NCBI GenBank assembly: GCA_964566535.1
Contig: CAZMIO010000002.1
Coordinates: 136,905-200,904 of the forward strand
Reading direction: 5' to 3'
Source of the DNA: an uncultured Methanosarcinales archaeon
Lineage (GTDB): Archaea; Nanobdellota; Nanobdellia; Woesearchaeales; CAZOXR01
Length of the DNA stretch: 64,000 nt
Shown piece after piece: positions 30,101-39,127 of the stretch. The position numbers and the translations under genes were made by a program. The notes under the pieces are model-generated. The model did not search any database. It worked only from the letters and a program-made list of their open reading frames with translations, and was not told the DNA's origin. Within the stretch, counting starts at the first letter, position 1; each line of letters starts with the position of its first letter.

Positions 30101-33100
30101 GAGATGTTAATAGGCCCCCAGTAGCAGATGATTTAACTACAACTGTTGATGAAGATCTTTCAGTGGATATTGATTTATCATGTACTGATCCTGATGGAGA
30201 TTCAGTAACTTACACGGTATCTAACCCACCTCAAGGTAGTTTAACAGAAGTAGACAGCGATACTGTCAGCTACACACCAACCGCTGACTATCACGGTTCA
30301 GACACTTTCGAATACAAATGTTCTGATGGAGAGCTAGATAGTGAACGTGTTGATGTAGATATAACAATCAACTCAATTAATGATGATCCGGAAATTGATG
30401 CCCTAACAGCAACTGTTGATGAAGATCTTTCAGTGGATATTGATTTATCTTGTACTGATGCTGATACCGAAGATACATTAACTTACACGGTATTCAACCC
30501 ATCTGAAGGAAGTTGGGTAGCAGTAGACAGCGATACTGTTACATACACACCCGATGCCGATTACCAAGGAACTGACACTTTCAATTACCAATGTAATGAT
30601 GGAACTGTAGATACTGAACAAGCAACAGTTTCAATAACAATAAACTCAGTTAACGATGCCCCAATATTAGATGCGATAGGAAACAAAAGAATTGAAGAAG
30701 GAGAATTATTAGAATTCGCATTAAGTTATTCAGATGTTGACAGCACAGGCCTTACCTGTTCAGCTGAAAACTTACCAACTGGATCCAGCTTCGACGAATC
30801 TGCATGTACATTCTCATGGCAAACAAATTTCGGAGACGAAGGTACTTACAGAGATGTAACATTCACAGTTTCTGACGGAGCTTTATCAGCAAGTGAAGCA
30901 ATTACAGTAAGAATCGGAGACGTCAACAGACAACCAATAGCAAACGGTTTAACTCCTTCTGTTGATGAAGATCGTTCAGTTGATATTGACTTATCATGTT
31001 CAGATCCTGATGGAGATTCAGTAACTTATACCTATTTCCGAGATTCACTTATACATGGAACCCTAACAGAAGTAGACATCAACACACTGACATACACGCC
31101 AACTTCAGATTATCATGGTTCAGACTCTTTCGAATACAAATGTAATGATGAGGAGCTAGATAGTGAACGTGTTGATGTAGATATAACAATCAACTCAGTT
31201 AATGATGCGCCAACTCTAGCTAAGATTGGAAATCAACATGCAGAAGAAGGAGAATCAATTGAATTTACCTTGGATTATAATGACATTGACAGTACAGGCA
31301 TTACTTGTTCAGCTGAAAACATACCAGCTGAATCTAGCTTCGATGAATCAGAATGTGCCTTCTCATGGCAAACTAACTTCGGAGATGAAGGAACTTATGA
31401 AGATGTAATATTTGCAGTTTCTGATGGAGCTTTATCAGCAAGTGATTCAATTACAATAACAGTAGGAGATGTTAACAGAGCTCCAACAGCTGATGACTTA
31501 ACAACAACTACAGATGAAGATACCTCAGTCGATATTGATTTATCCTGTACAGATCCAGATGGAGATTCAGTAACTTACACAGTATTTGATCCATCTGAAG
31601 GAAGTTGGGGAGAAGTAGATAGCGATACTGTTACATACACACCTAATGGTGATCATTTCGGAACTGATAAATTTGAGTACAAGTGTAATGATGGAACAAC
31701 AGACAGCCCAAATGCTGATGTTGACATAACCATAAACTCAATTAATGATGCTCCAGTATTAGATGAAATAGGAAACAAGAGAGTTGATGAAGGAGAATTA
31801 CTAGAATTCACATTGAGCTATACAGATGCTGAAGGTGATGATATCACTTGTTCAGCTGAAAACTTACCAACTGGATCTAACTTTGATGAACCAACATGTA
31901 CATTCACATGGCAGACAGTGTTCGAAGACTTTGGAACTTACGAAGATGTAACATTCACAATAACTGATGATGGCAACCCAAGAGAATCAGACAGCGAAGC
32001 TATTATTATAACAGTAGGAGACATCAATCAACAACCAACAGCTGATGACTTAATTCCTTCTGTTGATGAAGATAATTCAGTTGATATTGATTTATCATGT
32101 ACAGACCCTGATGGAGATTCAGTAACTTATACATATTTTTCAGATTCAATTCTACATGGAACTTTAACAGAAGTAGACACCAACACAGTAAGATACACTC
32201 CCACCGGTGGTTATCACGGTTCGGACTCATTCACATACAAATGTAATGATGGGGAACTAGACAGTGATCGTGCTAGTGTGGACATAACAATCAACTCAGT
32301 AAATGACGCACCTGTTTTATCTGCAATAGGTCCTAAATCAACAAGTGAAAATACTTTACTCACATTCACAATATCAGCAACTGATTCAGATAGCAGCACA
32401 TTAACATACTCTGCTTCAAACCTACCATCAGGAGCATCATTTGATTCTTCAGCAAGAACATTCTCATGGAGACCAGGATTTAGCGATTCCAGAACTTATA
32501 CTAAAGTAAAATTTACAGTTACAGATAACGGAAATCCCACAAAATCGGACAGTGAAGAGATTACAATTACAGTTAATAATGTAAATAGAAGACCAACAGC
32601 AGATGACTTAACTACGTCAACAAGTGAAGACAGTTCAAAAGAAATTACATTATCTTGTTCAGATGCCGATGGAAACTCATTAAGCTACATAAGAGTCTCA
32701 GGTGTAAGTCATGGTTCACTTAGTACTATCAATGGGAATAAGGTAACTTACTCGCCTAGTTCAAACTACCATGGTTCGGACTCATTCACATACAAATGTA
32801 ATGATGGAACTGTAGATTCAAATACTGCAACTGTAATCATTACAGTCAATAGCAGAAATGATGCTCCTTCAGCAAGAAATATACAAGAATCAACCAACGA
32901 AGACATTTCAAAAGAGATTACATTAAGCTGTTCAGATGCTGACAGTAACTCATTAGATTATATCAGAGTTTCAGATGTAAGTCATGGTTCACTTAGTACT
33001 ATCAATGGGAATAAGGTAACTTACTCGCCTAGTTCAAACTACCATGGTTCGGACTCATTCACATACAAATGTAATGATGGAACTGTAGATTCAAATACTG

Positions 33101-34884
33101 CAACTGTAAGCATTACAGTCAATAGCAGAAATGATGCTCCTTCAGCAAGAAATATTCAGAAAAGTACTAATGAAGACACTTCAGTTAACGTAGATTTATC
33201 ATGTTCAGACCCAGATGGAGATTCAGTAAGATTTAACGTAAGAAACCCATCAGATGGTTCAGTATCAGAAGTAAACGCAAATACAGTAAGATATACACCA
33301 AACACGGACTACCATGGCACAGACTCATTCACTTACACCTGCTCAGATGGAAGTTTAAGTGACGATGCAAAAGTAGACATAACAATAACTCCAGTTAACG
33401 ACGCCCCTAATGTTAAAAACATCCCAGATCAAACAATTAATGAAGGTGAAACTTTTGATAATATTCCATTAAATGATTTTATAGAAGAATATGATGGAAG
33501 TGACATAATCTGGTCCTATGATGGAAACTCAGAACTTACAGTTGAGATTAACTCAAACAATGTTGTAACAATCTCAACTCCACATAATAACTGGAATGGC
33601 GCAGAAACAATAACATTTACTGCAACTGATGATAACGAAGCTGCTTTATCAGATTCAGACTCAGCAACATTTACAGTTACAAGTGTAAATGATGTTCCAA
33701 CAGCTGAAGATATTGATAAAGAAACAGAAGAAGACACTCCAATTGACATAACATTAAGCTGTTCAGATGACGATACTGATGACACATTAACTTATACAGT
33801 ATTTGAACCGTCCCATGGAACATTAACAGATATCGAGGGGATAGACAAAGTAAGATATACTCCCCACCTTAACTTCAACAGTGATGAAGAAGACTCGTTC
33901 CAATACAAATGTAAAGACAGTTCTGATGAAGAAAGCAACACTGCAACAGTATCTATATTAGTAACCCCAGTAAACGACGCCCCAATATGGAAACCCCTTC
34001 CAGCTGCAGACTTAGATGAAGATTTTAAAACCTTTACACATATCAAAGACCTGAGTGAATATACCACTAATCCAGATAAAGACGAAACATTAACATTCTC
34101 AATAACCAAAGAAGACAGAAGAAAAGTAGACTGCAGAATAGATGATAATAAACTAATCCTAAGATCAATAAAGAATTGGCATGGAACAACAACATGTACT
34201 ATCAAAGCTGATGATAACGAAGGAAAAGAAAGCGAAACCACATTAACTATCAATGTAGGAGAAGTCAACGACGGACCAACCCTAAACCCAATCGGTCCAA
34301 AATCAATAAAAGAAGACCAAACACTTACATTTAGAGTATCAGCAACAGACCCAGATGGAGACAAACTAACCTTCACCACATCTAAACTCCCAAAAGGAGC
34401 TAGTTTCAACCCAGCAACAAAAACATTCACCTGGAGGCCAACATTCCAGCAATCTGGAACTTACTCAGTCACATTCACAGTTTCAGATGGACTATTATCA
34501 GATTCAGAAACAGTTCAGATAAAAGTGGGAAACATATTCAGACAAAGCAAACTATCCATTGAATCAGTAAGGGTTCCAAGCAACCCAAGTTCTTTCGTAG
34601 GCTCTGGATTCATGCCAGTGGAACTGTCAATGTCAAATACTGGAAGTATCTCAGTTAAGAACACAATGATTTCAGTTGGACTATTCGACCAAGAATTCGA
34701 CTTAGAATCACAACCAACAAGAGTATCATTAAGGGTTCCAAAAGGAAAATCAACCAAAAAAACAGTTTACATAGAACTCCCAGATGACATTGAGTTCGGA
34801 AAAGAATACTTCATCAACATAGTCTCAAGAGATTCATATACTAAAGACTCAATCACAGTACCTATCTTCTTTGAACAGATTTAA
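27160..34884 (+). CDS. giant secreted adhesin-like protein (2574 aa) built from alternating cadherin-like (..VNDAPV..) and dystroglycan-type cadherin-like/Ig-like domains
   Basis: N-terminal signal peptide (LLTILLITILILPTISAVV), no C-terminal TM. More than 20 tandem domains of about 90-95 aa with motifs TYTP..DY.G.D.F.Y.C.DG..DS..A.V.I.I..VNDAP alternating with APIL..IGN...EG..L.F.L.Y.D.D....TCSAENLPTGS.FDE..CTF.WQT.F.DEGTY.DV.F.V.DG. Starts 9 bp after the upstream coiled-coil gene. Confidence 0.9.
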   Translation: MKVNKLLTILLITILILPTISAVVTIVTRTDGLTTPIDYGDLIQFKISGSTAFKPMYITGTVLDENGDIIKEYSETTHNFNSAFRLITVIPSQYGPSGTKTFVGTIRDERGFSKTDTLEFVVNEAAPVLDLNIPDQTLEEDTTITFNLLDYFSDPDRDDLTFSIGSINDMTVSIVNDKNSPVYGQVTIQPDSNWNGQKTNTFMASDGTLSTQSNLVTITVTPVNDQPQGFTVVEDTDEDTPITITLDTLEVDEEDTLTCSIISIWGATETENCVCDDENICTVELTPNQDSTDNVIAFYQLNDGHVDSNFDRIYVTINAINDAPVANDISETTDEDTSKEFHLDCSDVDQNSLTYHIVTDPTSGSIIKSGKKVTYTPNQDYNGDDSFTYKCNDGTVDSNEPTVTINIIPANDPPTTTDDELIVDEDSTSNIIRVLLNDDDIDIVDGDEIHIEDFTQPEDGTVTRYMDNLYYTPDGDFNDEDSFTYTIDDLAGETATATVTVTVNAKNDPPVPDALDEEVDEDDSVDITLSCTDIIDGDTEFSYSIKNNPDKGTLSTISGSSVTYTPDPNWNGLDTFTYECNDGTVDSSNAATVSITINAINDAPVAADVDGTTTDEDVPVDITLSCTDLIDGATEFTYSIANQPAKGTLSLENNLVTYIPNYNENGADLFTYRCNDGIDSENAASVPITINPINDGPTANDDTATTDEDIPVKIEVLANDEDPDIINGDVLTITSVTIPRSIEDYYSHGSTVLSEDSKSITFTPGEDIDDDMYFDYAITDGSGETSTARVIVTVNAINDAPHARDFEEDVIEDTPRTFAITCGDTDSSFTKTILDETTHGTAIKNQDNGFYTYTPNENYFGTDFLTFQCSDDEFNSEVKTGTFTIQSVNDAPILTEIGNQHAEEGDLIEFTLDYDDVDTEDTLTCSAENLPTGSSFDESACTFTWQTGFGDEGTYEDVTFTITDNGDPISSDNEAITITVGDVNRPPVADDLTTTVDEDLSVDIDLSCTDPDGDSVTYTVSNPPQGSLTEVDSDTVSYTPTADYHGSDTFEYKCSDGELDSERVDVDITINSINDDPEIDALTATVDEDLSVDIDLSCTDADTEDTLTYTVFNPSEGSWVAVDSDTVTYTPDADYQGTDTFNYQCNDGTVDTEQATVSITINSVNDAPILDAIGNKRIEEGELLEFALSYSDVDSTGLTCSAENLPTGSSFDESACTFSWQTNFGDEGTYRDVTFTVSDGALSASEAITVRIGDVNRQPIANGLTPSVDEDRSVDIDLSCSDPDGDSVTYTYFRDSLIHGTLTEVDINTLTYTPTSDYHGSDSFEYKCNDEELDSERVDVDITINSVNDAPTLAKIGNQHAEEGESIEFTLDYNDIDSTGITCSAENIPAESSFDESECAFSWQTNFGDEGTYEDVIFAVSDGALSASDSITITVGDVNRAPTADDLTTTTDEDTSVDIDLSCTDPDGDSVTYTVFDPSEGSWGEVDSDTVTYTPNGDHFGTDKFEYKCNDGTTDSPNADVDITINSINDAPVLDEIGNKRVDEGELLEFTLSYTDAEGDDITCSAENLPTGSNFDEPTCTFTWQTVFEDFGTYEDVTFTITDDGNPRESDSEAIIITVGDINQQPTADDLIPSVDEDNSVDIDLSCTDPDGDSVTYTYFSDSILHGTLTEVDTNTVRYTPTGGYHGSDSFTYKCNDGELDSDRASVDITINSVNDAPVLSAIGPKSTSENTLLTFTISATDSDSSTLTYSASNLPSGASFDSSARTFSWRPGFSDSRTYTKVKFTVTDNGNPTKSDSEEITITVNNVNRRPTADDLTTSTSEDSSKEITLSCSDADGNSLSYIRVSGVSHGSLSTINGNKVTYSPSSNYHGSDSFTYKCNDGTVDSNTATVIITVNSRNDAPSARNIQESTNEDISKEITLSCSDADSNSLDYIRVSDVSHGSLSTINGNKVTYSPSSNYHGSDSFTYKCNDGTVDSNTATVSITVNSRNDAPSARNIQKSTNEDTSVNVDLSCSDPDGDSVRFNVRNPSDGSVSEVNANTVRYTPNTDYHGTDSFTYTCSDGSLSDDAKVDITITPVNDAPNVKNIPDQTINEGETFDNIPLNDFIEEYDGSDIIWSYDGNSELTVEINSNNVVTISTPHNNWNGAETITFTATDDNEAALSDSDSATFTVTSVNDVPTAEDIDKETEEDTPIDITLSCSDDDTDDTLTYTVFEPSHGTLTDIEGIDKVRYTPHLNFNSDEEDSFQYKCKDSSDEESNTATVSILVTPVNDAPIWKPLPAADLDEDFKTFTHIKDLSEYTTNPDKDETLTFSITKEDRRKVDCRIDDNKLILRSIKNWHGTTTCTIKADDNEGKESETTLTINVGEVNDGPTLNPIGPKSIKEDQTLTFRVSATDPDGDKLTFTTSKLPKGASFNPATKTFTWRPTFQQSGTYSVTFTVSDGLLSDSETVQIKVGNIFRQSKLSIESVRVPSNPSSFVGSGFMPVELSMSNTGSISVKNTMISVGLFDQEFDLESQPTRVSLRVPKGKSTKKTVYIELPDDIEFGKEYFINIVSRDSYTKDSITVPIFFEQI
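32704..33166 (+). repeat. near-identical 273-bp (91-aa) tandem duplication inside the giant adhesin gene
   Basis: About 190 bp are identical or almost identical between 32704-32893 and 32977-33166 (gtaagtcatggttcacttagtactatcaatgggaataaggtaacttactcgcc...). Other domain copies are diverged at DNA level (e.g. 30141 vs 30411). Confidence 0.6.
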
Positions 34885-34974
34885 AAACTACTAAGACCAC
34901 TATTCTTAGAAATAGAGTTATTCCAACATATAAACTTTTAAATCAAAACCAATTTCCCCAATCTTGAAAAAAAG

Positions 34975-37194
34975 ATGGTACAAATAAAAGACTTCGAACC
35001 TAGACTTTACCAGGAAACTATCTTCTCAACCTGTACTAAAAAGAATTCATTAGTTATCCTCCCAACAGGAATGGGTAAAAGCTTTCTATTCGTAATGTTA
35101 GCAGCACATAGACTTAACCATTACCCTAACTCAAAAATATTAATCCTAGCTCCAACAAAACCATTAGCTGACCAGCACATAACCGTCCTAAAAAAACACC
35201 TAGACATAGACCCCAAACAAATTGTTCTTTTCACAGGTCTCATAAAGCCAGAAAAAAGAGCAGAGCTATGGAAAGACGCAAAGATAATTATCAGCACACC
35301 TCAAGGATTAGAAAACGACATCCTAACAAAAAGAATTAACTTAGAAGAAGCATCATTACTAGCATTCGATGAAGCACACCATGCAGTAGGAGATTATTCT
35401 TACGTTTTTGTTGCATCACAATACCAAAAAAAAGCAAAGTATCCAAGAATCCTAGCACTAACAGCATCACCAGGCTCAGACATGGATAAAATAAAAGAAG
35501 TTTGTAAGAACCTTTATGTTGAAGAAGTTGAAGTAAGGACAGATGAGGACCCTGATGTAAAACCATACGTCCAAGAAGTAAAAACGGAGTGGCTAAAAGT
35601 TACTCTTCCCCCACCGTTCCATGAAGTCCAAAAACATATCAAAAACTTCCTTAAAGACCGCTTAGAAAGATTAAGAAATTGGGGAGTCCTCCAAAAAAAT
35701 GACTTAGAATTTGTAAGTAAAAGAGACCTCTTAGCATTACAAGCACAACTAAGAGGAAGAGCAGCATCTGGTGAACGCGATTCCACAGTGTGGACATCAA
35801 TCTCAGTTCTAGCAGAAATAATGAAAATGCAGCATGCATTAGAACTATTAGAAACACAAGGCATTGCCCCACTATACAAATACTTAAAGAAAATGCAGGC
35901 AGAATCAATAACAACAAAAGTAAAAGCAGTAAAGAACATTGTAAGAGACTTAAACTATCGAACTGCATTGATACAAACTGAGAAACTGCACAATGAAGGA
36001 ATAGAACATCCAAAATTAGTTGAACTCCAAAAGATAGTTGAAAAAGAAATCAAAGCAGACCCTAACTTTAAAACATTAATCTTCAACCAATACCGAGATA
36101 ACGCATTAGATGTTGAAGAAAAAATAAATAAAATACCAGGAATAAGAGCAAAAATATTCGTTGGCCAGGTAAAAAAAGGAGATACAGGCTACAGCCAAAA
36201 ACAACAAAAAGAAATTCTAGACAAATTCAGAACAGGAGAATATAATGTTCTAGTCTCAACATCAATAGGAGAAGAAGGCCTAGACATTGTAGCAGTTCCC
36301 CTAGTCATGTTCTACGAACCAATACCTTCAGCAATTAGAACCATCCAAAGAAGGGGCCGTACAGGAAGACAAGAAAAAGGCCGCGTTATCATTTTAATGG
36401 CAAGTAACACAAGAGATGAAGGCTACAGATGGTCAGCCCACCACAAAGAAAAACGGATGTATAGAAATCTCTACGAACTAAAAAACAATATAAAACTAGT
36501 ACTCCAAAAAGTTGAAAAAAAACTAGACGATTACTTAACACCTGAAAAAAAGCATAAGATCTTTGCAGACCATAGAGAGAAAGGCTCAAAATTAATAAAA
36601 GAATTAGTTGACAAAGGCCATGATTTAATTTTAGAACAACTTGAACATGCAGACTTCCTACTAAGCTCAAGAGTAGGAGTAGAATTCAAGACAGTTGAAG
36701 ACTTCATCAACTCAATAATAGATGGCAGACTTTTATTACAAGTAAAAAACCTAAAAGCAAACTTTGAAAGACCATTAATCATGATTCAAGGACAAGACGA
36801 CATCTACTCAGTAAGAAACATCCACCCAAATGCAATAAGGGGTATGCTCTCAACAATAACAATCTCTTATGGAATCCCAATCATCCAAACAAAAGACTTC
36901 AGAGAATCTGCCGCCCTAATGGGAATAATCGCAAAAAGAGAACAAGAAGAAACATCATCTGACTTCACACCACATTCCGAAAAGAGAGCATTCTCAATAA
37001 AAGAGCAGCAAGAATACATAATCTCTTCATTCCCAGGAGTAGGCATGACATTAGCAAAACCACTCTTAAAAAAGTTCAAATCAATAAAAAAGATAGTAAA
37101 TGCAAAACAAGAACAACTAGAAAAGATAGCAAAGATTGGTCCTAAAAAAGCAGAATCGATTAGAAAAGTTTTGGATAGTGAATACGACTCTTAA
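34975..37194 (+). CDS. hef: Hef helicase-nuclease (SF2 helicase + ERCC4 nuclease + HhH2)
   Basis: 739 aa. Walker A PTGMGKS, DEAH box FDEAHHAV, helicase C motifs (QRRGRTGR). C-terminal ERCC4-type nuclease and GVGMTLAKPLLKKF helix-hairpin-helix. Confidence 0.8.
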   Translation: MVQIKDFEPRLYQETIFSTCTKKNSLVILPTGMGKSFLFVMLAAHRLNHYPNSKILILAPTKPLADQHITVLKKHLDIDPKQIVLFTGLIKPEKRAELWKDAKIIISTPQGLENDILTKRINLEEASLLAFDEAHHAVGDYSYVFVASQYQKKAKYPRILALTASPGSDMDKIKEVCKNLYVEEVEVRTDEDPDVKPYVQEVKTEWLKVTLPPPFHEVQKHIKNFLKDRLERLRNWGVLQKNDLEFVSKRDLLALQAQLRGRAASGERDSTVWTSISVLAEIMKMQHALELLETQGIAPLYKYLKKMQAESITTKVKAVKNIVRDLNYRTALIQTEKLHNEGIEHPKLVELQKIVEKEIKADPNFKTLIFNQYRDNALDVEEKINKIPGIRAKIFVGQVKKGDTGYSQKQQKEILDKFRTGEYNVLVSTSIGEEGLDIVAVPLVMFYEPIPSAIRTIQRRGRTGRQEKGRVIILMASNTRDEGYRWSAHHKEKRMYRNLYELKNNIKLVLQKVEKKLDDYLTPEKKHKIFADHREKGSKLIKELVDKGHDLILEQLEHADFLLSSRVGVEFKTVEDFINSIIDGRLLLQVKNLKANFERPLIMIQGQDDIYSVRNIHPNAIRGMLSTITISYGIPIIQTKDFRESAALMGIIAKREQEETSSDFTPHSEKRAFSIKEQQEYIISSFPGVGMTLAKPLLKKFKSIKKIVNAKQEQLEKIAKIGPKKAESIRKVLDSEYDS

Positions 37195-38051
37195 ACCTGC
37201 ATACTTCTCAATCTCTCAACACGAGTCTTAATTGGAGGGTGTGTCATAAATAAACTTACAAAGCCCCCTCTTCTAAATGGATTCACAATAAACAAATGAG
37301 CAGTGGTCTGTGTTGTACTAGTAACCTTAAACGGATGATGAACAATAGCAGTATCTAACTTCTCAAGAGCACTTGCCAAACCTTGTCCATTATGTAAAAT
37401 CTTAGCAGCAGACTCGTCAGCCAAAAACTCCCTACTTCTAGAAATAGCCAACTGAATCATTGTAGCCAATATAGGAGTTAGTATAGCTAACACCAATAGC
37501 TCAGCTCCAGAACCACCATCCCTGTCCCTACCACCAAAACCACCAAACATAGCAGCCCATCTAGCCATAAAAGCAACATATGAAATAACTCCAGCAATAG
37601 TTGCAGCAATAGATTGAATTAAAGTATCCCTATTCTTAATATGACTCATCTCATGAGCAATAACTCCCTTAAGCTCATCCTCACTAAGTAAATCTAATAT
37701 CCCTTGTGTACATGCAACAGCTGCATGCTCAGGATCTCGTCCCGTAGCAAAAGCATTCGTATTATCACTAGGCATAATATAAACCTTAGGCATAGGAATA
37801 TTAGCCAAATGAGCAACATCTCTAACAACCTTAAACAACTTAGGAGCATCACTTTCCTTAATTTCCTTAGCCTTATACATAGCAAGAACTAACTTATCAG
37901 AAAACCAATAAGAACCAAAATTCATAACAACAGAAAACACCAAAGCAATCGTCAGACCCTGCATCCCACCAACCGCATTACCAACCCACAACAATAGCCC
38001 AGTCAATAAACCAAGTAACGCTACAGTCCTTATTTGATTACCAGTCCCCAT
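37191..38051 (-). CDS. htpX: HtpX-family zinc metalloprotease (M48)
   Basis: HEXXH motif HEMSHIKNRD with TM helices. The track ORF (to 38267) has a 72-aa low-complexity N-terminal extension overlapping the divergent gene. I start at internal ATG 38049-38051 (MGTGNQIRTVALLGLLTG...), giving a typical 286-aa HtpX. Overlaps the hef stop by 4 nt (convergent). Confidence 0.75.
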   Translation of the reverse strand: MGTGNQIRTVALLGLLTGLLLWVGNAVGGMQGLTIALVFSVVMNFGSYWFSDKLVLAMYKAKEIKESDAPKLFKVVRDVAHLANIPMPKVYIMPSDNTNAFATGRDPEHAAVACTQGILDLLSEDELKGVIAHEMSHIKNRDTLIQSIAATIAGVISYVAFMARWAAMFGGFGGRDRDGGSGAELLVLAILTPILATMIQLAISRSREFLADESAAKILHNGQGLASALEKLDTAIVHHPFKVTSTTQTTAHLFIVNPFRRGGFVSLFMTHPPIKTRVERLRSMQV

Positions 38052-38163
38052 AAGAAAAAAGAACAGAATAAGATATATAAAAGTTTGTATAATAAAAAAA
38101 ATAAACACCACTTCAACTCTAAAATAAAGATTTTTAAATTGATAAATACTACTCAATTGAACT

Positions 38164-39114
38164 ATGAATATCCCAAAATCATTTATACCTGAAATTACAA
38201 GAGACCCAACATTATTTGAATTAGTAGACTGGGGCACAGATATAGAATTAACTTCCCTCCATGACATGTATGTTGTTAAAGGTCATGAACTAGTCCTAAC
38301 TAAAATGAGAGAATATGGTGTACGTATAGCCTCTCTCCCAGAACTAGTACTTGCTAGAATTAATAATTTTGGTGTTGATAAATTTATTCCAGAACATTGG
38401 CGCTATCATTTTCAGAGAGATAGAACGGTTTGGGATCATTGGTTTACTGCAAACTCAGAAATAGATACTGGCTCAGATCATGAAGGAAGATTTACTAGAG
38501 AGGGAGGATTAGTAAATATTATAGTACATGGTGGAGGCATTCTAACACCAGATATATTTGGTGAAATTAGGACGAGTAAATTAACCAAACAAGATCCTGT
38601 TGCAGTAGAAATTGATCAGGAGACCATCACAAAACTTTTGGCAGAAGAGCACCCCGATGGTGGACACATACCAGTGTATGGATACGATGATTTCTGTGAT
38701 GTATCTGCTGATTCACGTTTTTTAGTAGACAACCCTCGATTTGCAGTAGTACTTCCGTTCGAAACATTTGACAGATATCCATCTCAGGATTATCAAGTAA
38801 GTCAAGCATACCACCATCCATTAATGGTTGTATATGCAGGAGGTGTAGAACAAGCTGCCAAATATCTAGATAGATTTAAAGAAAGAGAGGGAGAGGATAC
38901 ATTTGCACTACGTCATCCATTTGCATTCCCAATCCGGCCAATTAAAGGATTCGATAAATCTATCCCTCAAGGAAGGTATCTTTCATTAGGTCAAATATAT
39001 TATCAAGGAATCGATGCAACAATTGGTGTTGACTACTCAGGAAACTTCTTACTAGTGAGGCCCAATCGTACCCTTTTACATCCAGGCCTGGCTGAATTAC
39101 AATTTGTTTCATAA
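38164..39114 (+). CDS. hypothetical protein (compositional outlier)
   Basis: 316-aa ORF, ATG start. W/H/R/D-rich with low Lys. Uses CG-containing codons (cgt, cga, cgg, ccg, acg) that are rare elsewhere in the window. No family recognised. Confidence 0.55.
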   Translation: MNIPKSFIPEITRDPTLFELVDWGTDIELTSLHDMYVVKGHELVLTKMREYGVRIASLPELVLARINNFGVDKFIPEHWRYHFQRDRTVWDHWFTANSEIDTGSDHEGRFTREGGLVNIIVHGGGILTPDIFGEIRTSKLTKQDPVAVEIDQETITKLLAEEHPDGGHIPVYGYDDFCDVSADSRFLVDNPRFAVVLPFETFDRYPSQDYQVSQAYHHPLMVVYAGGVEQAAKYLDRFKEREGEDTFALRHPFAFPIRPIKGFDKSIPQGRYLSLGQIYYQGIDATIGVDYSGNFLLVRPNRTLLHPGLAELQFVS

Positions 39115-39127
39115 AAAATAAAAAAAA

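Noticed and set aside
33516-34757. Minus-strand ORFs 33516-33785, 33792-34430 and 34515-34757 inside the giant adhesin gene
   Set aside because: Antisense frames of a T/S/D/N-rich repeat gene are naturally open. Ser/Val-rich low-complexity products. No independent support.
35336-36782. Multiple minus-strand ORFs inside hef
   Set aside because: Antisense to a gene with complete helicase/nuclease motifs. Leu-rich low-complexity translations.
37191-38267. 358-aa version of the htpX ORF
   Set aside because: The 72-aa N-terminal extension is Phe/Ile low-complexity, overlaps the divergent 38164 gene, and is absent from HtpX proteins. The internal ATG at 38051 gives a canonical HtpX.
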